The notes under the pieces were generated by a model, which ran no database searches, was not told where the DNA came from, and saw nothing but the letters and a program-made list of their open reading frames with translations. Both the position numbers and the translations under genes were made by a program. From Octopus bimaculoides (taxonomy: Eukaryota), in assembly GCF_001194135.2 (NCBI RefSeq), contig NC_068988.1:45807377-45871376 (forward strand): a stretch of 64,000 bases of DNA, given 5' to 3'. Positions 1-11,980 of this stretch are shown here, piece after piece. Numbering within the stretch: the stretch's first letter is position 1; each line of letters opens with the position of its first letter.

Positions 1-44
<44 letters not shown>

Positions 45-919
45 ATGTATATATATGTATGTATGTATATATATATATATAAAAACTATGAACGTAAACA
101 AACAAATGAAGTTTGCTTTAGAAGCAAAGCATTAAGATGTCCTAGAAAGTTAAAGAAGTGATTTTAAATTTGCACCACACTATGTAATTCTAAATCTGAA
201 ATTTTTAGCAAATGCAAACACCTGTATAGGTTTCTTTTATCCAACTAGAGGACAGCATCCACTCTGGACTGAGTAGCTATCTCACAGATTTTGGTCACCT
301 TTCTTTTATTCTATTCTGCACCAGCTACATGAATTATGGTTTCTACAGTCATAGAGGTTGAAGATATGGGTTTTCTCACTTTTCTTCTTATTCCACTTTT
401 TGCATTAGCCTTCTTTAGATATTTCTGTTCTTGTTTTTTTTACTTCTTGCTTTTTCTAGTGTTTTCTCATAATTCAGCATCATGGTTTTTAAATGCATCT
501 AATGTCATGAATAAGCCTGAAAGATTGCTTGGAGGTACATGGCATATTATATAAATCTCCCAATCTAATCTATCATAAATCATAAAACTATTGGTATCTC
601 TTTTGAACTTCAGTTCATTAGATAATCATTTAGTCCTTTGTCATTTCTTCTTAATATTACCAATCTATATTCAGCCAACATTTTGTTCTGAAACATACAT
701 AGATTGAGTTCTACGTTGTGTTGTTGGTCTCATAATACCGAAGTGAAATATATATATATTTTACCAAAATAGAGGTGAACAGCCTTCCTCTGTATGATCA
801 GCTTGAAAAATTTTTAAGATACTAGGATATTTTCCTACTCTTTTTAACATGAATCCAATGGTAGCCTTAATTCACAAATAAAGAAATTATATGCACTAAT
901 GTGGTGTTGAGCACTCATT

Positions 920-1230
920 TTCATCATTCGAGTGACATCATTGCCAGTGCCGCTAGACTGGCTCCAGTGCAGGTGGCACGTAAAATACACCATTTTGATC
1001 GTGACCATTGCCAGTACCACCTGACTGACCTTTGTGCCAGTGGCACGTAAAAGCACCCACTACACTCTCGGAATGGTTGGTGTTAGGAAGGGCATCCAGC
1101 TGTAGAAACACTGCCAAATCAGATTGGAGCCTGGTGTAGCCATCTGGTTCACCAGTCCTCAGTCAAATCGCCCAACCCATGCTAGCATGGAAAGCGGACG
1201 TTAAACGATGATGATAATGATGATAATGAC
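920..1230 (+). mobile_element. RTE LINE 3' UTR/tail fragment (or SINE sharing this tail)
   Basis: Contains ggcacgtaaaagcacccactacactctcgg...ttaggaagggcatccagctgtagaaac and ends catggaaagcggacgttaaacgatgatgat. The same tail follows RTE coding sequence at 38430-38993. Confidence 0.75.
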
Positions 1231-1261
1231 ATTTATGCATATATATATATATATATATATA

Positions 1262-2480
1262 TTAGCAGAAACATCTGCCATTGACTGGGTTGTGAAAAAG
1301 CTGCCAAAATTGTACTATGAATATTGAAAGTCATTCACTTATATTGTATTGAACATATACAAGAAATGGTTGTTAACTTTCATGTAGATGGTAGAGTTAT
1401 CTTCTTCTGGCCAATATTATCATGGGTGCATATAAACTTCTGATCTATGATCTGTAGTATTTCAGTTTGTAAATGAAGCAAATATTGCACAGACTTTGGT
1501 TAATGTCTAGTACAAGATAAGTAAATAAATCTTCAGAGAAAACTAAAAACATATGTACTAAAATTTATTGAATTTAAGTATTACATCAAACAAAAATACA
1601 AATAGCTTTTCTTGGATGAATATAGTATGACATTGACAATATCAATTCAAGGTTATTAACCATTCGGCAACTTTTAGTTTGTTGATCCCATGCTTAAAAC
1701 TTCCTTATAGACAATGTTTCAGGCTTTACCAGTTGTAGCAAAAATGAAAAGATTGTTCTTGCTCTCCACTCTGGATGTCCCAACATATAACTGACCGTGT
1801 GAGAAATAGTTCTCTTCTAATTGTAAACCAGCAACTTACAAAGTTTAACCTTGAGACTTATTAATGAACAACGCATTGGAAATGGAAGTCATTTGAACTT
1901 CAAGGGTATACTGGAAGGTATTAAAGATAAGCAAGGAATAAAAACATCTTCACCTTTTCCACAACCAAAAATTATTGTGGCCTGTATGATATGTCTTATT
2001 AATTTCTTGACAAGAAGTCTTATGCCATTGCACAGACATGGTTGAGAAAGGTTGTGCAGAAGCATGATTGGAGAACCTATTTTCAATGGAAGGCAATGAG
2101 GAAGATCCCCTGGTGGCTGCAGTGAGTTTAAGGGTCTATAGATTTGTAAATATGTTCGTTTCCTGGTAAAACTTTCTCGAGTCTTTCATTTAAATTATTC
2201 ACAATAACGTTCTTTGGTGTCATGAGTGCTCTTTCACACAATCAAGCAGCATTTGTGTAATTTGAAATTATACTTGGATAAACTTTTTGAATAAGTTCCT
2301 CAACTGAGTTGCTTAAGGTGCAGATTTTTGATGGGTTCAAGTCACCTTCATGAATGATTTTAGCCTTCCTTCCTCAAGTTGCAAAATAGTATGGGCAAAC
2401 TGTTCCGACAGATGATCCCCATGCAAATGTGCTCTCATATTTGTAGAAATCTATAACAATTTGCGCAAAAAAAGAAAACT
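1262..2480 (-). mobile_element. Helitron 3' portion: degenerate PIF1-like helicase C-terminus plus 3' terminus
   Basis: Minus-strand translation across stops and frameshifts gives [61 protein letters not shown] and FSHGQLYVGTSRV...NIVYKEVL. A decayed GC-rich hairpin followed by CTAA/T lies at about 1262-1295. Confidence 0.85.
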
Positions 2481-3536
2481 GATCTCCTACAGATATAAAT
2501 ATAGAATGAATGTAAAATAATACTTATTTAAGTAACACTTATTGCAATATGAAGTAATGGAACTTAATACAGTTATACACTGTCCCCCACCTCCACACGT
2601 TATTATCTGTGTTGTTATATTACACATATGGCATACCTACAGAAGAGTGCCCCACCGTTTTTTGAAATAAAATGAAGAAATATAATACTCCTTTAGAAAT
2701 TATGTCTCTTAGGCAGGTTATTCATTTATAATTTATAAGTTGTACACTAATCCTATAAAGATTATTCCCTTAGACCCTTCATTTATTTATTGTTAATTTG
2801 AAAGTAGCATATTTTAATCCTATAAAAATTATCACCCTTCGTTTATTTTTGAAAATGATTTTGTACATGTTAGAAAAGGCCAGTAACTCTCTTTGGAGGG
2901 CTGCTAGAGTCTCAGGACTATTTCCATTGTCTTTGTTGTGAAATTTTATGCAAGAATTCGCCTTTAGTTTTTATATTGAAGCTGTAGTTTTTCTTCCTAT
3001 TGGTGGACAGACAGACAACAGGCACACACACAAGAAAAAACCACATCCATTATTATACACACACACATATATAGATATAAATAGATAGATACACACACAC
3101 ATACACACATATATATACATATATATATGCAATTTTTCCATCTTGTTCTTTTACTGTTCTATATTATTTTCAATGTGTATCTTTTCCCTCTGTATTCCAT
3201 TATGTTGTTCCATCTATTTAACTTGCAGAATATTTACCTCATTGACTATATGTCTGGCCTGTTGCCTAACCATCTGATGATCTGTCCTGTAGTCTGATTT
3301 TCTGTTGAACCTTAAGCAGATATCTGTCCATCTTCTTAAACCAAATGATAAATTAAGCATTCATCTGCTGATTGGTTTAAGCATCTGTTTTTGAGTGTTT
3401 ATGTAATATTTTCTATAGCTACCTCATTGTCTATGTAAATCTTCCTTTTGTCTATCTCATTCTCCATATGACCCTTTTCAAGTAACCCTTTTCTATTTAT
3501 CTCTCCATCAATTAATTTATTGTTTTACAAGTCTCT

Positions 3537-3587
<51 letters not shown>

Positions 3588-3738
3588 ATTCATCTCTGTC
3601 TCTCTCTCTCTCTGACGGTTTCTTCTTCCTTCTGTTTCTACTTACATACCTGTGGACACATCACATACACATATGTACATGCGCACACAATCATATATAT
3701 ATATATATACATGTACTTGTAAATATATGTGTGCGCAT

Positions 3739-5140
3739 GGGGAATTTCAACCATGTTTCGTGGTCTGCTACCACAACAGCTCCTTTATAGGATCCAGTTA
3801 GCTCAAGACATCATCAGGAGGAACCACGTCCGGTTTCGGCCCCTACTCCTCTACCGTTTTGACGTGGCGGGGCCCCTCCTTTCGGAGGTGTCTTCAGCTC
3901 TGGTGTTGGGTGCATGTCTTCTTTCACTGTTTGTGACTGTTCTAATTCAACTNNNNNNNNNNNNNNNNNNNNNNNNNNNNNNNNNNNNNNNNNNNNNNNN
4001 NNNNNNNNNNNNNNNNNNNNNNNNNNNNNNNNNNNNNNNNNNNNNNNNNNNNNNNNNNNNNNNNNNNNNNNNNNNNNNNNNNNNNNNNNNNNNNNNNNNN
4101 NNNNNNNNNNNNNNNNNNNNNNNNNNNNNNNNNNNNNNNNNNNNNNNNNNNNNNNNNNNNNNNNNNNNNNNNNNNNNNNNNNNNNNNNNNNNNNNNNNNN
4201 NNNNNNNNNNNNNNNNNNNNNNNNNNNNNNNNNNNNNNNNNNNNNNNNNNNNNNNNNNNNNNNNNNNNNNNNNNNNNNNNNNNNNNNNNNNNNNNNNNNN
4301 NNNNNNNNNNNNNNNNNNNNNNNNNNNNNNNNNNNNNNNNNNNNNNNNNNNNNNNNNNNNNNNNNNNNNNNNNNNNNNNNNNNNNNNNNNNNNNNNNNNN
4401 NNNNNNNNNNNNNNNNNNNNNNNNNNNNNNNNNNNNNNNNNNNNNNNNNNNNNNNNNNNNNNNNNNNNNNNNNNNNNNNNNNNNNNNNNNNNNNNNNNNN
4501 NNNNNNNNNNNNNNNNNNNNNNNNNNNNNNNNNNNNNNNNNNNNNNNNNNNNNNNNNNNNNNNNNNNNNNNNNNNNNNNNNNNNNNNNNNNNNNNNNNNN
4601 NNNNNNNNNNNNNNNNNNNNNNNNNNNNNNNNNNNNNNNNNNNNNNNNNNNNNNNNNNNNNNNNNNNNNNNNNNNNNNNNNNNNNNNNNNNNNNNNNNNN
4701 NNNNNNNNNNNNNNNNNNNNNNNNNNNNNNNNNNNNNNNNNNNNNNNNNNNNNNNNNNNNNNNNNNNNNNNNNNNNNNNNNNNNNNNNNNNNNNNNNCGA
4801 CAGTCCATCCCTGTTCTCTGCACTCTTCGATTAGTTTTTCATATCTCTTCTCCTTTCGTTTCTCTGCATTGTCGATGTTTTCTTCCCATGCTACTGTCAG
4901 TTCTAGCAAGATTCCTATTCTCTGTTCTGTGTTCCATATGACTAAGTTTGGTCTTTTTGTTGTTTTTATAAGTGGAAAAATTGCTAGACTTCCCAAATCC
5001 GTGGCCAGCTCCCAGTATCCCTTCCATCTTTCGTCTATCTCATATATTTTATTTGGAGGCCTGATCTTATGTCTTTTTCCCTCCTTCTGGAAGTATATTT
5101 TCCTGCGCTTTTCCACTTTGGGGTACTCTCCTCTGTAATG
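3739..5140 (-). mobile_element. Restriction-like-endonuclease non-LTR retrotransposon 3' end (HERO-like), interrupted by an N gap
   Basis: RPNLVIW...ILLELTVAWEENIDNAEKRKEKRYEKLIEECREQGW matches the RPD..ELT.PW..K..KY RLE motif. The 3' UTR at 3739-3950 has a second copy at 59815-59952. Confidence 0.8.
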
Positions 5141-5633
5141 CATACATACATATATATAAACATATATATATAGGCATACATACATATATATAAACACATA
5201 TACATATATATGCATACACAAACATACTCACATACTTATGTGTATAATGTATTCATTAACAATAAAATTGCTGGAGATTTGAAATACAAAGAGAAGTTTA
5301 ATGGGCCAAACCATGGTTCACTGCAGTTAAGTAAAAGCTTGAGGCACGTGATGATTGAGAACTGAATTTTCCAGTATTTGGGTTTTATTTGTGGAGATGA
5401 TTTAAACATCTTGCAGAATGTTGTTGCAGATTTGGTTTACCGAAACCTCTACACTGTACAGGTTATAGGTTGTTGCAACAAGGATGAAAACTGTTAATGA
5501 TAGTAGAGTGTTAGGTCTTGGTAAAGTTGTTTTTCATACTGTTGTACTGATAGAGCTCTGTAGCATCTTAAACTTCTGGGTATTTATGAAAAGGATTCTA
5601 GCCTCCAGCTGACCAACTGACATTAAAGTATAA

Positions 5634-5677
<44 letters not shown>

Positions 5678-5715
5678 ATATATTATACCCATATAAAATC
5701 AGTATAATGGGTAAA

Positions 5716-5845
5716 GAACCATTTTGGTCATGAATGACCATGGGATTTCACCTAGAGAGTTCCCTTTCAAGCTACAAGTCCAGGCAAGGTTGTTTATCGA
5801 AGAGCAGTAGTCACCCATGCATGCCAGCCTCCTATCTCCACCCTA
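5716..5845 (-). mobile_element. SINE family 2 tail fragment
   Basis: Reverse complement matches the 3' part of the copies at 52607 and 55321 (caaccttgcctggacttg...catggtcattcatgacc). Confidence 0.6.
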
Positions 5846-6058
5846 CCATTGGTTCATAGTCTTACTCAGAGCTTTGTGCCCATAAAGCACTTGGCTTTGC
5901 ATACGTCTTGTCAGACCAAGTAAAGCTAAGAACTGTATGGATGTGAAAACTTAGGTAACCCTATGAACTAGTCATAACTATCTTTATCTAAATATTCTAC
6001 TGCTCCGTAACTTAAAGTGTGTTTCTCTTTTGGATTTATGATTTTCTGATGGTATACG

Positions 6059-6135
<77 letters not shown>

Positions 6136-6139
6136 TTAT

Positions 6140-6330
6140 ATAAATGCTCGAAATAAGGGAGTAGAAAAACACCCAACATCTGACGAAGGGCCATTTGTTT
6201 GTGTTGTTTGTCTTGTTTTCCATTTGTGTCTTTCATTGTTCGAAAAAATAGTTCATTCCTTGTACTTGTATGTTGTATTTTTTATTGTACACGTTTCATG
6301 ACATCCTGTGCCCACATATGCATATATATA
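6140..6330 (+). repeat. Repeat family Y terminus (ctgaYgaagggYcatt...gacRtcctgtRccca), ending in (TA)n
   Basis: Similar to both arms of the inverted element at 28150-28813. Confidence 0.6.
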
Positions 6331-6349
6331 TATTATTTATATATATATA

Positions 6350-6437
6350 TAGTTGAAATTTACAGAAAAACAAAAGATCAATATAGGTGTATTAGTTTGA
6401 CACTTGAGAAGGTGAAAAAGTCTTTTACATTTCAAGG
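6350..6437 (-). repeat. Repeat terminus carrying a decayed 3' half of a hammerhead core
   Basis: Minus strand reads ccttGAAAtGTAaaagac, similar to gctcGAAAcGTCaaactc of the 41122-41300 element. It is truncated at 6437 and ends in (TA)n at about 6350. Confidence 0.45.
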
Positions 6438-6609
6438 AAAAGATATTTTCCTGGGATTAAAACAACAGTAGCATCGTCCTTTATAGGAGTGCCACATTCT
6501 GTTAGCATGTAAACACTAGTATCCGGTGCTGTTATTGTATATCTCTTGCTCAGAGATTTAAAACAAGTTGTTTTTCTCCATACGAGATCAGCGACTGTGT
6601 GTCGTTCTT

Positions 6610-6642
<33 letters not shown>

Positions 6643-6687
6643 GTGTATGTGTATGTGTATATGTATATGTATATATATATATATATA

Positions 6688-6890
6688 AAGGCAGTGAGCT
6701 GTCAGAAGCATTAGAGTACTTAGTGGCACTTCATCCTTCTTTACCTTGTAAGTTCAAATTCCACTAAGGTTAACTTTGCTTTTCATCCTTTTGAGATGAA
6801 TATAAGTGCAAATTGGATAGTGGGTTCGATGTAATCAACTTACCCCATCTCCTGAAATTGCTGGCCTTGTGCCAAAATTTGAAATCAAAA
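6688..6890 (+). mobile_element. tRNA-derived SINE family 3
   Basis: ggcagtgagctgtcagaa head with gttcaaattcc B-box and ctttgcttttcatccttt body, as in 36647-36866. Confidence 0.7.
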
Positions 6891-7290
6891 CTAGATGCCA
6901 TTGTGCTGTAACAAATGTACTCCATCTACTCCATCTAAATTCAGTACCAGGTACTGCAATAATCTAAGATTCAAAGGCCAACAGTTCTTCAATGTCCTAC
7001 CACAAAAATTAAGAACTCTCCATAATGTGGATGTAAAAGTCTTCAAAAAGGAACTAGACATCCTCCTCGCCACTATACCGGATGAACCAACAGCACAGCA
7101 TGAGGTACAGATGAGAGCAGTAGAATCAAACTCCCTAATACACCAAATGGGCCAACTGCTCGGACAGATGCACATACAGGAGTAGTGATGTGAAACTCCT
7201 CAGCCTGAGGAAATCAGTAAAATCACCATGGTGATCCAGCATGACTCCAGCTGCATGGCTAAAATGAATAAAAAATAAAAAAATAAAGAA
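6890..7290 (+). mobile_element. CR1-group LINE 3' end (RT C-terminus plus 3' UTR)
   Basis: ORF 6895-7185 gives GQQFFNVLPQKLR...VKVFKKELDILLATIPDEP...NSLIHQ, followed by a short UTR and an A-rich end. Confidence 0.7.
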
Positions 7291-8004
7291 TATATGAGGC
7301 GTTTAGTAACAGAGTGTCGTAAGTGCCACCCCAACCATTTTCGAGGTTAATATCTCATATTTTTTTTTTTTTGTTTCAATGTCTAGAATCAGAAAAATTT
7401 GGGAGGAAGAGCTGCCGGGGCTTGCAGTAAGGTCTAAAATCCAGTTGAAAAAATTGTGCCTCAATGCTATTGACATGACACTCGCTTACCCAAACTCAAT
7501 CCAGAGAGTTTAGTAATGCACCATCATAAGCACACATGCTTAATCAATAACGGTATTATTTTTCAAGGTGTTATAGCTCATTTTCTAATATTCCTCATAA
7601 CCATTGTAATTATAATGAGTTATTATCTTACTATCTTGTTTTACTCATCTCTTAAAGATACTTACCTTGGTATATTAAAACACAAACAATACATTTGTGG
7701 TGGGGGTTCTCTGTATGTTTTTCCTAGGTATTATGGCTAAAATACACAATGAAATACACCATTTCATAGTACCGGTATATTCTATAAAATATGAAAGATG
7801 TAGTTATTGTTTCATCCTTCAGATACATACATAAATAAATAATTTTACATAGGTGGAATGATTAGAAGAGGTCTTCTTTTTAAGACCAAAACCAGCTTCT
7901 TAGCTTCATTTCTTACCGTTGTGAAACTTTGGCCGCATTTTTCTTGGTTTTTAAATGTTGGTGCTTACAATGGCCTGTTACTAAACACCTCATATATATC
8001 TTAT

Positions 8005-8547
8005 AACTTTTGCCTTTGTTTCAGCCAATAGACTGTGGTTATGCAGGGTACCACCTTGAAGTGCTTAGGTGAACCCCGGTACTTTTCCTTTTGTTAAATG
8101 TTGGTACTTATTTTATCAATTAGTCTTGCTGAACCACTAAGTTATGGAGAGGTAAATAAAAATCAACAGTAATTGTGGAGCAGTGGTGGGGAACAAACAA
8201 AAACACAAACATACATAGATATATAAACATACATGTATGCGTGTGTGTGTGTGTGTGTGTGTAGGCATCTGACTGGGTGAGATGATGTACGTTATTTCAT
8301 GCTGCTCCATTCGACTCAGTGAGCAAAAATGACTAATCCTGAAATTGACTGGCTTGACAAGGAACCTTGGTCCATTTTAATATAGTATATATTACCAGTT
8401 TCTGTCTTCTAAAGCTACCCACCAAGCTTTGGTCTAGCCTGGGGCTAGACTAGAAGATGCTTGGCCTAGATGCCATACAGTTGGACCGAACTTGGATTCA
8501 TTTGGTTGAGAAGCTAACTTGTTACCACACAGCCATGTCTACACACA
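8005..8547 (-). mobile_element. Degenerate SINE family 1 copy
   Basis: Head (ccacacagccatg) at about 8525-8547 and tail (tttgtttcagcc...ctaagttatgg) at 8005-8200 resemble 62954-63380. Confidence 0.55.
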
Positions 8548-8789
8548 CACATAGATAGATAGATAAATAGATAGCTATACATACATGCATACAAAAATAC
8601 ATATATACATCGACACACACACACACACACATGTATCTATGTATGTGTAGTAACCATGTGTGCATGGCTGTATGTAATATAATGTATAGTACATAAGTAT
8701 TCTGGTGCTATTGAATTAAACATTGTATGGGCCACCTCTGGCCAACATTTACTTAAGTAATGTTGTATATATGTGTATATACATTAGTA

Positions 8790-8890
8790 TCAAAGTAAAA
8801 TTACTTAAGTTGGTCTGCCGTTGTGAGGGGGATGTTTCCGACAACTTCCCCTCATGATGGCATATCCCCTAAAGTAATTTTACTTTTATA
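8790..8890. repeat. About 100 bp fold-back palindrome
   Basis: aaagtaaaattactt / aagtaattttacttt outer arms and gtgagggg / cccctcat inner arms. Confidence 0.65.
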
Positions 8891-9454
8891 TTGATAAATA
8901 CAATTTTTGTTGATACATACCTCCACCAGTCTCCCTGGATTCTTTTTTCTAAGTGCATGCATTTATTTATATACACATATATATGTATGCATATACATAA
9001 TAAAGCAAAGCAAGAAGACTTGATATAATGAATATTAAACAGCATACATTTGTAAACAGCAATTCAAAGGCTTAAAAACACAATGAACTTGTTTACGGAA
9101 ATTGAATTATATATCTCATTTTTAGTAAGGATATGTGCTGCTATTTCACCACAAAGACTTCATATAAACATATTTTTTGTTGTAATTTTTTTCAAATTAA
9201 GCTGTGAATGTTTTTATCTGTAGTACTAAATACATTTACATTAAAATTCATAGCTATTAATTCATATTTTATGCATACATTTCGTGTCTCTTTTCACCAA
9301 ATGAATGATGGCTGTTATGTTATACAAAATATTGTTAGGACTAAAAGCTTACTCTGCCTAACTAAGAGGTAAAAACAAATTCATAAATTCTAGTTGAAAC
9401 ATATTTCATAGTGTCATTCACCATTTGTAGATAACTTGAGTATTGTGTATAACA

Positions 9455-9570
9455 GTAAGCTGGCAGAATTGTAAGCATGGTTAGCAGCGTTTCATCCATG
9501 TTTTTATTCTGAGTTCAAATTCTGGTGACGTCAACTTCGCTTTTCATCCTTTCAAAGACAATAAAATAAT
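9455..9570 (+). mobile_element. SINE family 3, partial
   Basis: aagctggcagaattg...ctgagttcaaattctg...cgcttttcatccttt. Confidence 0.6.
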
Positions 9571-9607
9571 ATAGATAGATATACATAGATACTTACACAT
9601 ACACATA

Positions 9608-9643
<36 letters not shown>

Positions 9644-9659
9644 CATACATATATATCAT

Positions 9660-9958
9660 AGACTGTCCTGTCATTAGACAACGTATGAGGGTTTGACAAT
9701 TTCTTGCTAAACAACTGCACAGATTATTTGTTTATAGTGATCAATTGTTTGTGTTGACATAAGCTCACTCCCTCCATCAAATTGACATTACCTGTACAGG
9801 TACACTATGTGTACATGTCAGATGTCGAAATGATTGCAGAGCAATGTGAAATGAAGCGCTTTGCTCAAGAATACAATGCAACACCCAGTCTGGGAATCGA
9901 AACCACGATGTCGCAATTGCGAATGCAACACCCTAGCCACGAAGCCATGCACCTTCAT
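9660..9958 (-). mobile_element. tRNA-derived SINE family 2 variant
   Basis: Minus strand starts gaaggtgcatggcttcgtggctagg with B-box ggtttcgattccc, then ttcttgagcaaagcgcttcatttcacattgctc. Confidence 0.7.
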
Positions 9959-10276
9959 ATATATAGTCAAGTACTGGGGTTGATGTAAGTGACTTCCCCC
10001 TCCCCTCAAAAACAGCTGGCCCTGTGCCAAAATTTGAACGTTTATTATTATACTCAATGCTTTTCATGGTCTGTAAAGCATTGGCTACTATAACTGTTTT
10101 GGGTATATTATAATTATTTCCATTTTTTTGGCTCATATTCTGCACACTAGCCTATCCTGAAGTTGGAGGACCCCCACCCTCCTATGTCATACACTGAATG
10201 CTGGAGTAGAGTGTAGAACTCACAACTGTAAATATATATGTACATGTATGTCTGTATATATATATGTGTATGTGCA

Positions 10277-10318
<42 letters not shown>

Positions 10319-10320
10319 AA

Positions 10321-10530
10321 CTTTTATTCTTTTATTTGTTTTTGTTATTTGAATGTGGCCATACTGGAGCACCGTCTTTAGTCGAACAAATCGACCCTAG
10401 GACTTATTCTTTGTAAGCTTAATACTTATTCTATCAGTCCCTTTTGCTGAAACACTAAGTTATGGGAATGCAAACATACCAACATCAGTTGTTAAGTGAT
10501 GGTGGGGGGCAAACACAGACACACAGACAT
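10321..10530 (-). mobile_element. SINE family 1, 3' half
   Basis: ctggagcaccgtctttagtcgaacaaatcgaccctaggacttattctttgtaagc matches the family tail. Confidence 0.7.
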
Positions 10531-11052
10531 ATACATATACATATATCTTCTCTATAGTAACTACAGTGTATATATTTGCCTTTTAGCAATTGAAATATGT
10601 CACAAACATCTTTTAACTAACCTAAATTTTGTTTATGCCTAAACATTGCTTGGTGCTAACATTTTGTTATTTTCATCAATCAGGCAATCTACCAGCACAA
10701 CTCTGTCAACATGTTGACTTTTACATGAAGCTAAGAATTCTACATAAAGCTGCTGCTTTATAAGTTTGCTCAGAGTTGTCTCTCTTAGGTACATCCTATT
10801 GACAAAAGTCAATAGAGTCGATACATCGTTGTCTGAGATTCCTGAACATGGTGATACTGAACAAATTGGGTGTTTTCACACCTTTTACAATAAGAGAGAT
10901 ATTTTCTCCATGGTAACTGCAGTGTAATTGCTTTTAGCAGGTGAAATATGTCCCAAACATATTTTAATTATTCTAAGTTATGCACATACATCGTCGGTGG
11001 TGGCATCTTATCTTATGCCTGATAATTTATTTGATGTATATACATACATACT

Positions 11053-11800
11053 GGGTGTGTAGGTTAAATATGAGAGTTTACATAAAAAGATAAAAAAACA
11101 CAATATCTCATCTAAAAATGAAAATATTGAAACAATCAAAGTATATCAACAAGATTATGGCTGTGAGATAATATATTCAAAGCCTTGCCCTCAGCTTTCA
11201 CCATGGCCTCAAGACATCCCCAGAATATGGCACATGCATTCCACATTGTGTCTCTACAAAGATCTTTAAATACTTCTTTGATTTTGATCACCAGCTTGTC
11301 CTTGGTATTGTCTTTCTCAACCGTGTCCCATACAAAGTAATCCACGAGATTAAAATTTGGGGAATGTAAAGATCATAAGCTGAAGCTGGTGAAGTTGTAG
11401 AAATTCTCTGACAACCACTTCTGACTCTTTCCTGAATTTGTCAAGGAGCTGAATCCTGCTGCCACATGTATGGTCTTCCAGTATCAATTCTTTCGAACCA
11501 AGGATTGACCAGCTTCACATAGCCATCTGAATTGAACTTAAAGGCCTCTTCAAAGATATTAGGATAAATTTCAGTATGCTGACACAGTCTGAGTGTCTAT
11601 TACATCTCTCCCTGCAGACCACAGTGTCGTAGTCTCCATTGCAGCTGTTTGTGCTATGTCCTACAGCCTTTACTGTGTTTGCAGATCACTGAACAGCAGT
11701 CATGATGTTGGCATTTTGATGCTTTATCTCTACCACATATTTGAAGCCTTGTGTCAAAGTTAGAAACTAATATTTAATTCCCTAGTTCTATTAAAAGGTT
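11053..11800 (-). mobile_element. maT/DD37D Tc1-mariner relic
   Basis: Minus strand gives GRPYMWQQDSAP...KSQKWLSENF...DYFVWDTVEK...LEAMVKAEG. A tactgggtgtg TIR-like end lies at about 11053. Confidence 0.7.
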
Positions 11801-11980
11801 TGTTAAGTGATATTTCCTTTCTTGATTTAACTTCTTGACTGCTCAAGAAAGGTTTACATTAAAGTCCTGCTGTATACACACATTCTAGATTTTTATTGGC
11901 AATGGTTAATTTATCTCCACTCTAAAACCACTACCTAACAGATCTACTGTTTCCTTAACCACTATGCCATATGCCCATTT

